Notes under the pieces: generated by a model
What the model was told of the DNA's origin: nothing
What the model saw: the letters and a program-made list of their open reading frames with translations, nothing else
Databases searched by the model: none
Part shown: in pieces, positions 1-8,866 of the stretch
Layout: each line of letters opens with the position of its first letter
Position numbering within the stretch: the stretch's first letter is position 1
Made by a program: the position numbers and the translations under genes
Assembly: GCA_964596135.1 (NCBI GenBank)
Contig: CAZQTF010000001.1
Coordinates: 1 to 53,983, forward strand
Reading direction: 5' to 3'
Length of the DNA stretch: 53,983 nt
Source of the DNA: an uncultured Saprospiraceae bacterium
GTDB lineage: Bacteria; Bacteroidota; Bacteroidia; Chitinophagales; Saprospiraceae

Positions 1-859
1 AGCCAAAACCTGCCTGGTAACGCTGGAAGCCATCTTTGACAAAATTGCCCGACAAGTCGCGCTGAGCAAAATCAGATTTTCCGTCAATTGTCGGACCAGG
101 ACGAGTAATAACAAAGGCTTCGCCGCTAAATTCATTGGAGCCGGAACGAGTGGTGATGTTCACAACCCCATTATTGGTCAAGCCGTATTCCGCAGAATAA
201 TTATTGGTTAACACGGTCACATTGCGTGTAAAGCCTACCGGAATGGCAAATTTTTGTCCGCCAAGGAAGCGCTCGTTGTTATCCATGCCATCAATCATGT
301 AGCTGGTAAACAAGGAGTTAGCTCCGTTGATACTCACGTTTGGCGCTTCGGGATAGAAGCCGGTTGCTTGCGATACATTGGGCAAACGATACAACACACG
401 GGTAATGTCACGCCCTTCGATTGGAATTTGTTCGATCTCTTTTTGTTTCAATTCAAAAGAAACTTCGGCATCGGTTCTATTGATCTTGGTTGTATTAGTA
501 GTTTGAACAACAACGGTTTGTAAATCAACCGATCTTTTTTCAAAAACACCAATTTCGATGGTCAGATTTTGGTTTGATCGAATGCTGATTTCACCAGAAA
601 TAGCATCCGAATATAATTCGGTTTCAGCAATGGATACTTTGTAGCCACTCCACTCCGGGATATTTTTAAAAATCGCTTTACCCTGATTATCAGTTACCTG
701 CGTTTGTAAAAAGCCGCGATCGGCATTTTCCAGTTTTACTTCAATGCCATTGATCGGCTCATTAGTCAACACATTGATAACAAAAACCGTTAAATCGGCT
801 TGCGCAGATGATGTAACTGTTAGCAGTAGTAAGCTGCAAAAAGTTAATATTTTTTTCAT
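1..859 (-). pseudogene. TonB-dependent receptor (signal peptide + CarboxypepD_reg-like + plug), 5' portion; reading frame broken near 236-243
   Basis: Not in the ORF track. Hand translation of the minus strand from ATG 859-857 gives MKKILTFCSLLLLTVTSSAQA (signal peptide), DLTVFVINVLTNEPINGIEVKL, IPIEGRDITRVLYRLPNV and YMIDGMDNNERFLGGQKFAIP. An in-frame TAA follows at 202-200. The conserved continuation VGFTRNVTVLTNNYSAEYG..GVVNITTRSGSNEFSGEAF is open to position 1, but in the adjacent frame. Confidence 0.6.
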
Positions 860-896
860 GTAAATTCACAATTTGATTTTTAAATAACATAATTGC

Positions 897-927
897 CCTT
901 GCAACAATCGCATAAATCATTGCAAGG
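897..927 (-). other. 8-bp perfect inverted repeat (ccttgcaa N15 ttgcaagg) between the DUF2064 stop and the receptor start; weak terminator or operator candidate
   Basis: Arms lie at 897-904 and 920-927. There is no clean U-tract on the minus-strand transcript, only AU-rich sequence. Confidence 0.3.
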
Positions 928-974
928 CATCTATAAAGCAATATGATGTTTGCTAAATAAAAAGAAAAGCGCAC

Positions 975-1685
975 TTAGCCTACCATAGGCGGCGCCCGAA
1001 GGGAGGCAACAGAAGAAAATTTGGTATGAACCAAAAATAAAAAGATGCGAGGCGAGAATGCGCCCGGCAACAGGATATCTCGCAATAAGCGAATGATACG
1101 CACCGTTGCAGGCATCTGAAACAGCGCCTTCTGAAAATCTTCGGCGTGATCTGCATCGGCAGCAGTGGGCAGTAATTCGCACCGGCTGTTTATTCGGTTC
1201 GCATAAAGGTAGAGCGCCCCAAGCACTTTATGGGTTTGCCAGGGTAACGCGACAAAAGCCGCTCGCTGGTAAGCCGCACGGCTGATACTCACGATATAAG
1301 CTCCTCCATCTTTTGCAGGACCAATCACTATCCCGGCGCCAGCATTTAACAGCTGGGCTGCCTGGAGCAATTGCGCTTTACCCAGTGTAAGGCAATCATT
1401 CCCAATTGCGATAACATGCTCATAACCAGCCTGAAATGCAACTTCAAATGCATGGGCAAAACGTTCACCGAAGGTATCGCCGATTTGTTGCTCGCCCTGG
1501 ATAATAAGAACCGGCAGCCCCGATTGCCTGCTCACCCGGATCGCATGGCGATTGAGTGCACGCACCATCCGCATACTACTGCGCGCACCAAAATGCGAGC
1601 GGAGCGATTTGGCCCGAGTCTCCTCTCGTTCGCTTCTCAAAAAGAGTAAAATGGTAGTATTCGGATACAATTGGTGCATATTCAT
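975..1685 (-). CDS. DUF2064 / TIGR04282-like glycosyltransferase-fold protein
   Basis: ORF 975..1736, with the likely start at MNMHQ (ATG 1685). Motifs QGEQQIGDTFGERF, AIGNDCLTL and GPAKDGGAYIVSIS match the DUF2064 signature as I recall it. Confidence 0.6.
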   Translation of the reverse strand: MNMHQLYPNTTILLFLRSEREETRAKSLRSHFGARSSMRMVRALNRHAIRVSRQSGLPVLIIQGEQQIGDTFGERFAHAFEVAFQAGYEHVIAIGNDCLTLGKAQLLQAAQLLNAGAGIVIGPAKDGGAYIVSISRAAYQRAAFVALPWQTHKVLGALYLYANRINSRCELLPTAADADHAEDFQKALFQMPATVRIIRLLRDILLPGAFSPRIFLFLVHTKFSSVASLRAPPMVG

Positions 1686-1829
1686 TTGATAGCCTCGTGT
1701 CAAAGATAAAACAAAGTTCCAACGTCTATATGTCAAGATACGGACAATCGGAATGGAATGTTTTTTTATAAATCAAAAAGCTGCCCGAAAATATCCGAAC
1801 AGCCTTCTTTTACACTGATAATTCATCCT

Positions 1830-2045
1830 TTATGCAGCACCATGTCCTTCCAGATGAAAGGAAATTTTGCAAATCACACCAAAGGTAGTCAGTTTGTTAT
1901 CCTTGACATGCACTTTGATGTCTTTCACATATACGGAATCAATATTCCGTACGGTTTTAGAGGCTTCAGTTACAGCGTTTTGGATGGCATCTTCGATGCC
2001 CTTTTCCGAAGTGGCGATTACTTCGATCACTTTTACGATAGCCAT
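1830..2045 (-). CDS. dodecin family (flavin-binding) small protein
   Basis: 71 aa: MAIVKVIEVIATSEKGIEDAIQNAVTEASKTVRNI...KLTTFGVICKISF. Size and sequence pattern are typical of dodecins. Confidence 0.75.
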   Translation of the reverse strand: MAIVKVIEVIATSEKGIEDAIQNAVTEASKTVRNIDSVYVKDIKVHVKDNKLTTFGVICKISFHLEGHGAA

Positions 2046-2175
2046 AATATCGAGGTTTTAGTGGTTAGGAAAATCTTAAATCTAAAAAAAATTCTGCAAA
2101 AAAGCTAACTTTAAGGGGAATATTCATGCTCATTCAAGCAAAAACCGATTTTTTTACAAGTAAATACGCTTTATC

Positions 2176-2655
2176 ATGTTTTCACCTAACCCTTTACGAA
2201 TACTCATACGCGCCGGTATCTGGGGCACGGTTATTATCATCCTTGCTTACATTGGCTTACATATCGCCGCGCTGATTGATCTGGATTACAATCGAGTACA
2301 GGTCTACAACATGGTCTCCGGGCAGATCGAGAGCGTGGTACTCACTGTCTGGGATTTCATCCGACCGTTCTTACAAATCATTATTCTGATGGCAATTGTA
2401 GACTGGATTTTCCGGCGAATTGGCATTGACATCAAATCCCGAACCGAATTGCACTGGAATGCGCCAGCGATCATTTCATTTGTAGTGATCGGAGCATTCG
2501 CGCTGGCAGCACTCACCGGTATGGAGGGCGCCTCGTACATGAAAGATGTAGTGCTGGTAGTAGTTGGTTTTTATTTTGGAACACAACGCGACGTACTCAC
2601 CCGCCCCGACCGGACGAACGAGCACAAACCGATTGAAAGTGCGGATGATGAGTAG
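2176..2655 (+). CDS. hypothetical integral membrane protein
   Basis: 159-aa ORF with about four hydrophobic helices and an acidic C-terminal tail. No family recognised. Confidence 0.5.
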   Translation: MFSPNPLRILIRAGIWGTVIIILAYIGLHIAALIDLDYNRVQVYNMVSGQIESVVLTVWDFIRPFLQIIILMAIVDWIFRRIGIDIKSRTELHWNAPAIISFVVIGAFALAALTGMEGASYMKDVVLVVVGFYFGTQRDVLTRPDRTNEHKPIESADDE

Positions 2656-2727
2656 AGCGTAAATATTTAATGATTGATTACAATTTCTTTCGTAGCATAA
2701 TTTCTTACACAAATACAACCTATTTTT

Positions 2728-5700
2728 ATGAAGAAAATCTTATCATTACTCTGCGCATTATTCATAATACACAGTGCGCACAGTCAAATCAGCGCCAAGC
2801 TGATGCGCAATATGGATGTTTCGGACACGCAGATCACGTTTGTGTACGGTGGCGACATCTGGGTGATGCCTAAAACCGGCGGCACCGCTATTCAGGTAAC
2901 GCATTCGCCCGGCGAGGAATCCTTTCCGAAATTTTCGCCAGATGGAAGATTCATTGCCTTCACCGCCAGCTACAACGGCAACCAGGACGTGTACGTTATG
3001 CCTTCATCCGGTGGTATCCCTACGCGTCTTACTTACCCTTCGCATGCTGATCGCATGGTAGAATGGCATCCCGATGGCGAGCACATTCTTTTCGCTTCCC
3101 GACGCGAACTGGGGCAACGCTCTTCCAATCAGTTTTTCCTGGTAAGTAAAAAAGGCGGTTTGCCGCAAAAGCTGCCGATCCCTTATGGCGAATTGGCAAG
3201 TTATTCACCGGATGGAAATTATTTAGCTTATATTACAAAAATTACAGAAAATTATCCATTTAAGCGCTATCGCGGCGGTTTGGCTTCGGATATTATTATT
3301 TATGATCTGAAAAATAATAGCGCCGAAAACATTACTAAAAACAGCGCTACCGACGGAAAGCCAGCGTGGGTGGGTGATAAAATCTATTTTGTATCGGATC
3401 AGGGCGTCAATATGCGCCTCAATGTCTGGATGTATGATACCAAAACCAAGAAGACGAGTCAGCTCACTAAATTTGATGATTTTGACATTTCTTACATGTC
3501 CGCAGGCTCGAAAGAACTGGTTTTTGAAGCTGGAGGTATCATGTATCTAATGGATTTAAGCACCCAGAAATATCAGCCGGTAACGGTGAATATCGTGAGC
3601 GATTTGTCGGTAGAAATGGCGCAAACCAAGGACGTCAGCCGACAGATCAATAACATGACCGCCTCGCCTGAAGGCAAACGCATTGTATTTGAAGCACGCG
3701 GCGATTTGTTCAATGTGCCGGTTTCCGAAGGGTACGTAATGAATATGACCCGCTCCAGCGGTACGTTTGACCGCGAACCCGCGTGGTCGCCCGACGGTAA
3801 GCACATTGCCTACTGGAGCGATCGCTCGGGCGAATACGAAATTTACCTGCAAGCCAGCGATGGCAGCACGCCCGCGAAGAAACTGACTAACCGGGGCAAA
3901 GGCTTTGGCTATGCCCTTTATTGGTCGCCCGACAGTAAAAAACTGGCATTTATTGACGAAAATAATAATATATCGGTAGTGGATGTCGAAAGTGGAAACA
4001 TTACCATTGCCGGTAATACGAATTGGAACGTTGGTCACGGCGCGCGTTTTGGTTACCCTATTTCGTGGTCGCCAGATTCCAAATGGATTACTTTCACGCA
4101 GGGGCTGGAAAATGCTAATTATGCAGTCTTTTTGTACAATATTGATGAAAAGAAGTCATATCAGGCAAGCAGCGGCTTTTACAATGATTCCTACCCGGCA
4201 TTCAGCAAAGATGGTAAATATCTGTTCTACCTGACCAACCGGAATTTCTCGGCGGTGTATTCCGATCTCGACGACGGCACCTGGGTGTACCCAAATTCTA
4301 CGCAAATCGCAGCGGTGAGCCTGACCAAAGAAGCGCCTTCCCTGCTGCAACCGAAGAATGACGAGCCACCAGCCGACGAAAAGAAACCTGCAAAAGATAC
4401 CTCTAAAGTGTCCGTTAAAGTTGATTTTAACAACCTCGAAGCCCGCCTAATCATTCTGCCGCCCAAAGCCGGCAACATCGGCGCACTGATGCCTTTTGAA
4501 GGCAAACTGGTATATCTGCGTTTTCCGAATACCGGCTCCGGGGAAAATTCGGCTTCTCTGATGGTGTATGATTTTGAAAAAAAAGAAGACAAAGAGGTGA
4601 TTTCGGGGATCAACAGTGCAGTTGTTACCGCCGACGGAAAAGCCATTCTGGTGGGAAGCCGCGGAAAATATAGCATTATCAAACCCGAGCCCGGACAGAA
4701 GCTGGACAAAACGATTCCAACCAGTGGTTTAGTCATGGATTGGATTCCAAAAGAGGAATGGCGTCAGATTTTCAACGATACCTGGCGCCGGCATCGCGAC
4801 TTTTTCTACGATCCCAACATGCACGGCGTAGATTGGAACGAAATGCGCAAACGCTATGGCGCTTTGATTGAAGATGCCCGTACCCGCTGGGACGTGAGTT
4901 TTATCCAATCGAATCTGGCAGCCGAGCTCAGTGCAGGGCACACCTATACCCGCGGTGGCGATGTGGAAGATGTGACGCCTAAAGTGACTGGTTATCTGGG
5001 CATTGATTGGGAATTAAAGAACAATTTGTATTGCATCAAACGCATTGTAACTCCGGCGATCTGGGACACCGAAGCGCGCTCGCCATTCGACCAACCGGGC
5101 GTGGATGTACAGGTGGGCGATTATATTTTGTCTGTCAATGGTGTGGCGTTGGATCCCTCCAAAGACCCATTTGCTGCGTTTGAAGGGCTTTCGGGTGAAA
5201 CCGTCGCTTTGATGGTCAGTCGCACTGGCAAAAAAGAAGATGCTAAAAAATTGATTATCAAGTGCCTTACGCAAAACGAAGAAGTGGACCTCCGCTATTT
5301 GGAGTGGATAGAGAACAACCGCAAAATGGTGGATAAGCTCTCCAACGGGCAGTTGGGTTATGTATATATGTCGAACACCTCCGGGCAGGGGCAGTTGGAG
5401 CTTGTGCGCATGTTCTATGGTCAATTAGATAAAAAAGGCTTCATAATTGACGAGCGTTTCAATGGTGGCGGGCAACTGGCGGATCGTTTCCTGGAATTGA
5501 TGCAGCGCCCCGTAGTGTACAATCTGCACTGGCGGCACGGCCGCGATCATACGCAACCAATCAAAACCAATACCGGGCCAATGGGCATGCTGATCAATGG
5601 TTGGGCTGGTTCCGGCGGCGATGGCTTACCCTGGGCATTCCAGGAATTGAAAGCCGGTCCCATCGTGGGCGAACGCACCCTCGGTATTCTGGTAGGACCA

Positions 5701-5973
5701 GCTACCGGACATCAGTTGATTGACGGTGGCGGCATCACCGTTCCCGATGCGCGACTCTACGACAACGACGGGCACTGGTTCTGGGAAGGCGAAGGTGTAT
5801 CGCCTGATATCGAAGTGTGGGATGACCCCAATATACTGGTAAAAGGTCGCGACCCACAGATGGAAAGAGTAGTAGAAGAAGTGCTGAAGCTACTCAAAAC
5901 CAATCCTCCAAAGATGACGCCGGCGCCCCCTCTGGAAGATCGTACCGCCAAAGGCTTGAGCAAAAAGAATTAA
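2728..5973 (+). CDS. secreted tricorn protease homolog (PD40 beta-propellers + PDZ + S41 peptidase)
   Basis: 1081 aa with signal peptide MKKILSLLCALFIIHSAHSQ. Repeated PD40 motifs are present (FSPDGRFIAF, YSPDGNYLAY, WSPDGKHIAYWS, WSPDSKKLAF, WSPDSKWITF). The C-terminal S41-like region contains INGWAGSGGDGLP. Confidence 0.85.
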   Translation: MKKILSLLCALFIIHSAHSQISAKLMRNMDVSDTQITFVYGGDIWVMPKTGGTAIQVTHSPGEESFPKFSPDGRFIAFTASYNGNQDVYVMPSSGGIPTRLTYPSHADRMVEWHPDGEHILFASRRELGQRSSNQFFLVSKKGGLPQKLPIPYGELASYSPDGNYLAYITKITENYPFKRYRGGLASDIIIYDLKNNSAENITKNSATDGKPAWVGDKIYFVSDQGVNMRLNVWMYDTKTKKTSQLTKFDDFDISYMSAGSKELVFEAGGIMYLMDLSTQKYQPVTVNIVSDLSVEMAQTKDVSRQINNMTASPEGKRIVFEARGDLFNVPVSEGYVMNMTRSSGTFDREPAWSPDGKHIAYWSDRSGEYEIYLQASDGSTPAKKLTNRGKGFGYALYWSPDSKKLAFIDENNNISVVDVESGNITIAGNTNWNVGHGARFGYPISWSPDSKWITFTQGLENANYAVFLYNIDEKKSYQASSGFYNDSYPAFSKDGKYLFYLTNRNFSAVYSDLDDGTWVYPNSTQIAAVSLTKEAPSLLQPKNDEPPADEKKPAKDTSKVSVKVDFNNLEARLIILPPKAGNIGALMPFEGKLVYLRFPNTGSGENSASLMVYDFEKKEDKEVISGINSAVVTADGKAILVGSRGKYSIIKPEPGQKLDKTIPTSGLVMDWIPKEEWRQIFNDTWRRHRDFFYDPNMHGVDWNEMRKRYGALIEDARTRWDVSFIQSNLAAELSAGHTYTRGGDVEDVTPKVTGYLGIDWELKNNLYCIKRIVTPAIWDTEARSPFDQPGVDVQVGDYILSVNGVALDPSKDPFAAFEGLSGETVALMVSRTGKKEDAKKLIIKCLTQNEEVDLRYLEWIENNRKMVDKLSNGQLGYVYMSNTSGQGQLELVRMFYGQLDKKGFIIDERFNGGGQLADRFLELMQRPVVYNLHWRHGRDHTQPIKTNTGPMGMLINGWAGSGGDGLPWAFQELKAGPIVGERTLGILVGPATGHQLIDGGGITVPDARLYDNDGHWFWEGEGVSPDIEVWDDPNILVKGRDPQMERVVEEVLKLLKTNPPKMTPAPPLEDRTAKGLSKKN

Positions 5974-6005
5974 GTCAAAACTTTTTCTTTTATTGGAAGC
6001 AAAAA

Positions 6006-6040
6006 ATATGCCCCGGGTAAACGCCTGGGGTATATTTTTT
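6006..6040 (+). terminator. Rho-independent terminator after the tricorn-like gene
   Basis: atatgccccggg (6006-6017), loop taaacg, cctggggtatat (6024-6035) form a 12-bp stem with two G-U pairs. It is followed by ttttt and preceded by an A-run. Confidence 0.6.
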
Positions 6041-6148
6041 ATCTCGATCGGTGTCTTTGGCTAAAATCCCGTCTATTACCGGCATAAAGTCTCTTTTTTT
6101 ATTGCATTTCTTGTTCAATAAATTTAAATTGTAACAAAAAATATTATT

Positions 6149-7306
6149 ATGGATGATCAAAACCTTAAACTCGATTACGTCATCCACAACTGCCACGTTC
6201 ATTTATTCAATATTGACTACATCCCCCGGTATTATCTCAGCAAAATGATGCCGGTGACGGTAGCAAAAAAGCAGTGGATTGCCCATACTTGTTATCACTT
6301 GTTCAAAAATAGATTACATCGCTACTCTGCATTTTTCTATTCCGCACTAAAAAATTCACAGCGGGAAATTCTGGAAGAATTGCGCCATTACTACCCTCGC
6401 CGAACAAAGTTTGTACCTTTAAGCATAGACTTTGACTATATGTGCGCCGGTACCTGCGCCAAGCCTTTTTTGAAACAAACAGAAGAATTGGCGGAGTTGA
6501 AAAAAGAATTTCCCGAAGTGATTTATCCATTTATTGGCGTGGATCCAAGACGCCCCAACGTGCTGGAACTGGTCAAAACCTACATCGAAGAACACCAGTT
6601 CAGTGGCATAAAAATGTATCCTTCGCTCGGTTTCTTCCCTGATGATGAGCGACTGATGCCTATTTATGCGTACGCCGAAAAATATGAAATCCCGATTACG
6701 TTCCATTGTCTTCCCAAAAATATCAATTATTGCCGCCACAAGTTTCCAGCAGAAATGCTTGCCAAAGCCGAAGAATGTCCGGGATTTAAAAAATCGGAGA
6801 CCAAATCCAATTACAATTTTGCCCAATATCTCAATCACCCCTATTGGATGGCTCAAAAGGTGCTGCCTTTATTTCCAAATCTGAAAGTGAACTTTGGACA
6901 TTTCGGCGGGAATGAGGAATGGGATCGTTATCTGGATTACCCTTATGACCCCGACACGAATGACCCTAGTTGGTACACCGTCATCCGAGGGTTGATGGAA
7001 AATAAAAACTACCCGAATGTATATGCCGATATTTCCTTCACCGTTTTTGATCAAAGATTGTATCCGGTGTTAAAAAACCTTGTAAAAAGCACTGGCACAA
7101 GAGATTATGTATTATTTGGTTCCGACTTTTATATGTTGCAAAAAGATTACCGCGAACGCCGCTTCGGTCTGGACGTGCGCGGCTACCTCGATGACGAAGA
7201 CTATTGGAGAATTGCCGAAATCAATCCAAAACGATTCTTAGCCAATAAAATACATATTAGCCAGGATAAAAAAGCCAAAGTTTTAAAGCAGGAACTTGTG
7301 CGATAA
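6149..7306 (+). CDS. amidohydrolase-superfamily (TIM-barrel metal-dependent hydrolase) protein
   Basis: 385 aa. N-terminal HNCHVHLF (HxH metal motif), then ITFHC, FGHFGG and FGSDFYM (late Asp), consistent with the amidohydrolase_2 layout. Confidence 0.6.
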   Translation: MDDQNLKLDYVIHNCHVHLFNIDYIPRYYLSKMMPVTVAKKQWIAHTCYHLFKNRLHRYSAFFYSALKNSQREILEELRHYYPRRTKFVPLSIDFDYMCAGTCAKPFLKQTEELAELKKEFPEVIYPFIGVDPRRPNVLELVKTYIEEHQFSGIKMYPSLGFFPDDERLMPIYAYAEKYEIPITFHCLPKNINYCRHKFPAEMLAKAEECPGFKKSETKSNYNFAQYLNHPYWMAQKVLPLFPNLKVNFGHFGGNEEWDRYLDYPYDPDTNDPSWYTVIRGLMENKNYPNVYADISFTVFDQRLYPVLKNLVKSTGTRDYVLFGSDFYMLQKDYRERRFGLDVRGYLDDEDYWRIAEINPKRFLANKIHISQDKKAKVLKQELVR

Positions 7307-7536
7307 GATAAGCCAAAAACGTATAAAAAAAATGATCCTCCTGGCTTGAATGGATTTATTCTACTCTTCCACATCGGAGCAGGCAGAGAGCGGGCAGACA
7401 AAATGCACCGGCGATTAAACGCCTTAATAACCACACTTCGACAGAGCGGTTATTCCTTTAAGAAATTTTAAATGCCGAATCAACCACATTACAATATGGC
7501 AATAAAAAATCTTAACAATTCCATTACATGATCACT

Positions 7537-8733
7537 CTATTTATCGAGACAACTTAGTTGAGAGATAAAAAAATCGAGATTAAAAACATCATATTCTTCG
7601 TAGCCGCTACTCCAGAACATGATCATCGCGTCCAGTTCACTATTGCGCAGAATGCCAAGCTGGCTGCGGTCCATCGGGTAATGCACACGGTAAGTCAGCA
7701 CTTCTTTTTCCGTATCATAACTCCCCTGATCCATGCGCCCGGCATTAAGCGTAATAAAATCGCCATTCAGCAATTTAATAATCAATACACTGTTTTTTTC
7801 AATAAACCCGTAAGCTTCCCTTGCATTGGGGTAAGCAAAAGTAAACTGCAGCGACAGAAAGCGGAAACCCGCCATGGAAGTAAGGAATCCCTCGCAGCGC
7901 AGGTATTCCTTGTCTTTCAGGTACACTCGCAGGCGCTCGTCGGTGTGAGTAAACAATAATTCCTGCTGCATATCGCGACGCCATTGCTTGGTGGCCTCGT
8001 CTGTACCTTCATACGCTACATCGCACACATTGTTGGGAGGATTGACCATGACATTGCTACGATTTCTTACATCGCCGGTCGCTTCGTCCAATGCAACGAT
8101 GTTTTTATAAAAATCTTCGAGCAATGGTTCTATCTCAGCGTTGCGATTAATGCCGATCGTTTGCTCGGCTTTGAGTTCCCGAAGATATTCGCCTTTGCTG
8201 GTCAAAGCCTGAGTTTTGTTTGCCTCCTGGCGCGCCATGCCTGCCTCGCGGATGGTTTCCTGCTCCGTTTTGCGGGCTGCCGTCAAACGGATATTCAATT
8301 GACGGATGGTCTCTTCATTTGCACCTTTATTTTGAGCTTCGCGGAGTTCCAATTCAAGTCTTTCGCGCTGCTGCGATGCTTCGGCAGCGCGTTGATTAGC
8401 AATGGTCACCGCTTCATTCGCGATCTGAGCGCGGCGAATAAAAATCTTGCGCGCATCTTCGTCGGTATTGGCGTACACATTGTCCATCGGGAGCACCGTG
8501 CCGGTAAAAGCAGGATATTTCTCGCCGGTTTCAGCGGGTTTGTAATTCGGAGAATCCTTCGGATCGAACAATGCATCGGCGGGCACCCCAAAATTGGTAA
8601 AATATTGCCAGGTTCCATCAGGATGCACAATAATCTTTTCTCCGCGTTCATTTACTCTTAGTTCCTGTGCTTGTAATGAATACGCCGTCAGAATTAGGAA
8701 GAGCTGTAAAAATTGTTTAATTTGCATAGTCAT
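7537..8733 (-). CDS. secreted hypothetical protein with central coiled coil
   Basis: ORF 7537..8769, with the likely start at MTMQIKQFLQLFLILTAYSLQAQ (signal peptide). The middle is a Q/E/R-rich heptad-like region and the C-terminal globular part is unrecognised. Confidence 0.55.
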   Translation of the reverse strand: MTMQIKQFLQLFLILTAYSLQAQELRVNERGEKIIVHPDGTWQYFTNFGVPADALFDPKDSPNYKPAETGEKYPAFTGTVLPMDNVYANTDEDARKIFIRRAQIANEAVTIANQRAAEASQQRERLELELREAQNKGANEETIRQLNIRLTAARKTEQETIREAGMARQEANKTQALTSKGEYLRELKAEQTIGINRNAEIEPLLEDFYKNIVALDEATGDVRNRSNVMVNPPNNVCDVAYEGTDEATKQWRRDMQQELLFTHTDERLRVYLKDKEYLRCEGFLTSMAGFRFLSLQFTFAYPNAREAYGFIEKNSVLIIKLLNGDFITLNAGRMDQGSYDTEKEVLTYRVHYPMDRSQLGILRNSELDAMIMFWSSGYEEYDVFNLDFFISQLSCLDK

Positions 8734-8866
8734 AGGATTATGATATTTAAAAAATATATTGATATGCATTAGGAAAATACATATACCCGTTTCAGCACAA
8801 AAATAGGTAAAACCGACGTTCCAATCCAGTAAAATATATTACTAAACCCTGTAAAAACACAAAACT

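Noticed and set aside
7984-8661. A 225-aa plus-strand ORF antisense to the 7537..8733 gene.
   Set aside because: It has no signal or domain features. The minus-strand ORF is longer and has a good signal peptide and coiled-coil periodicity.
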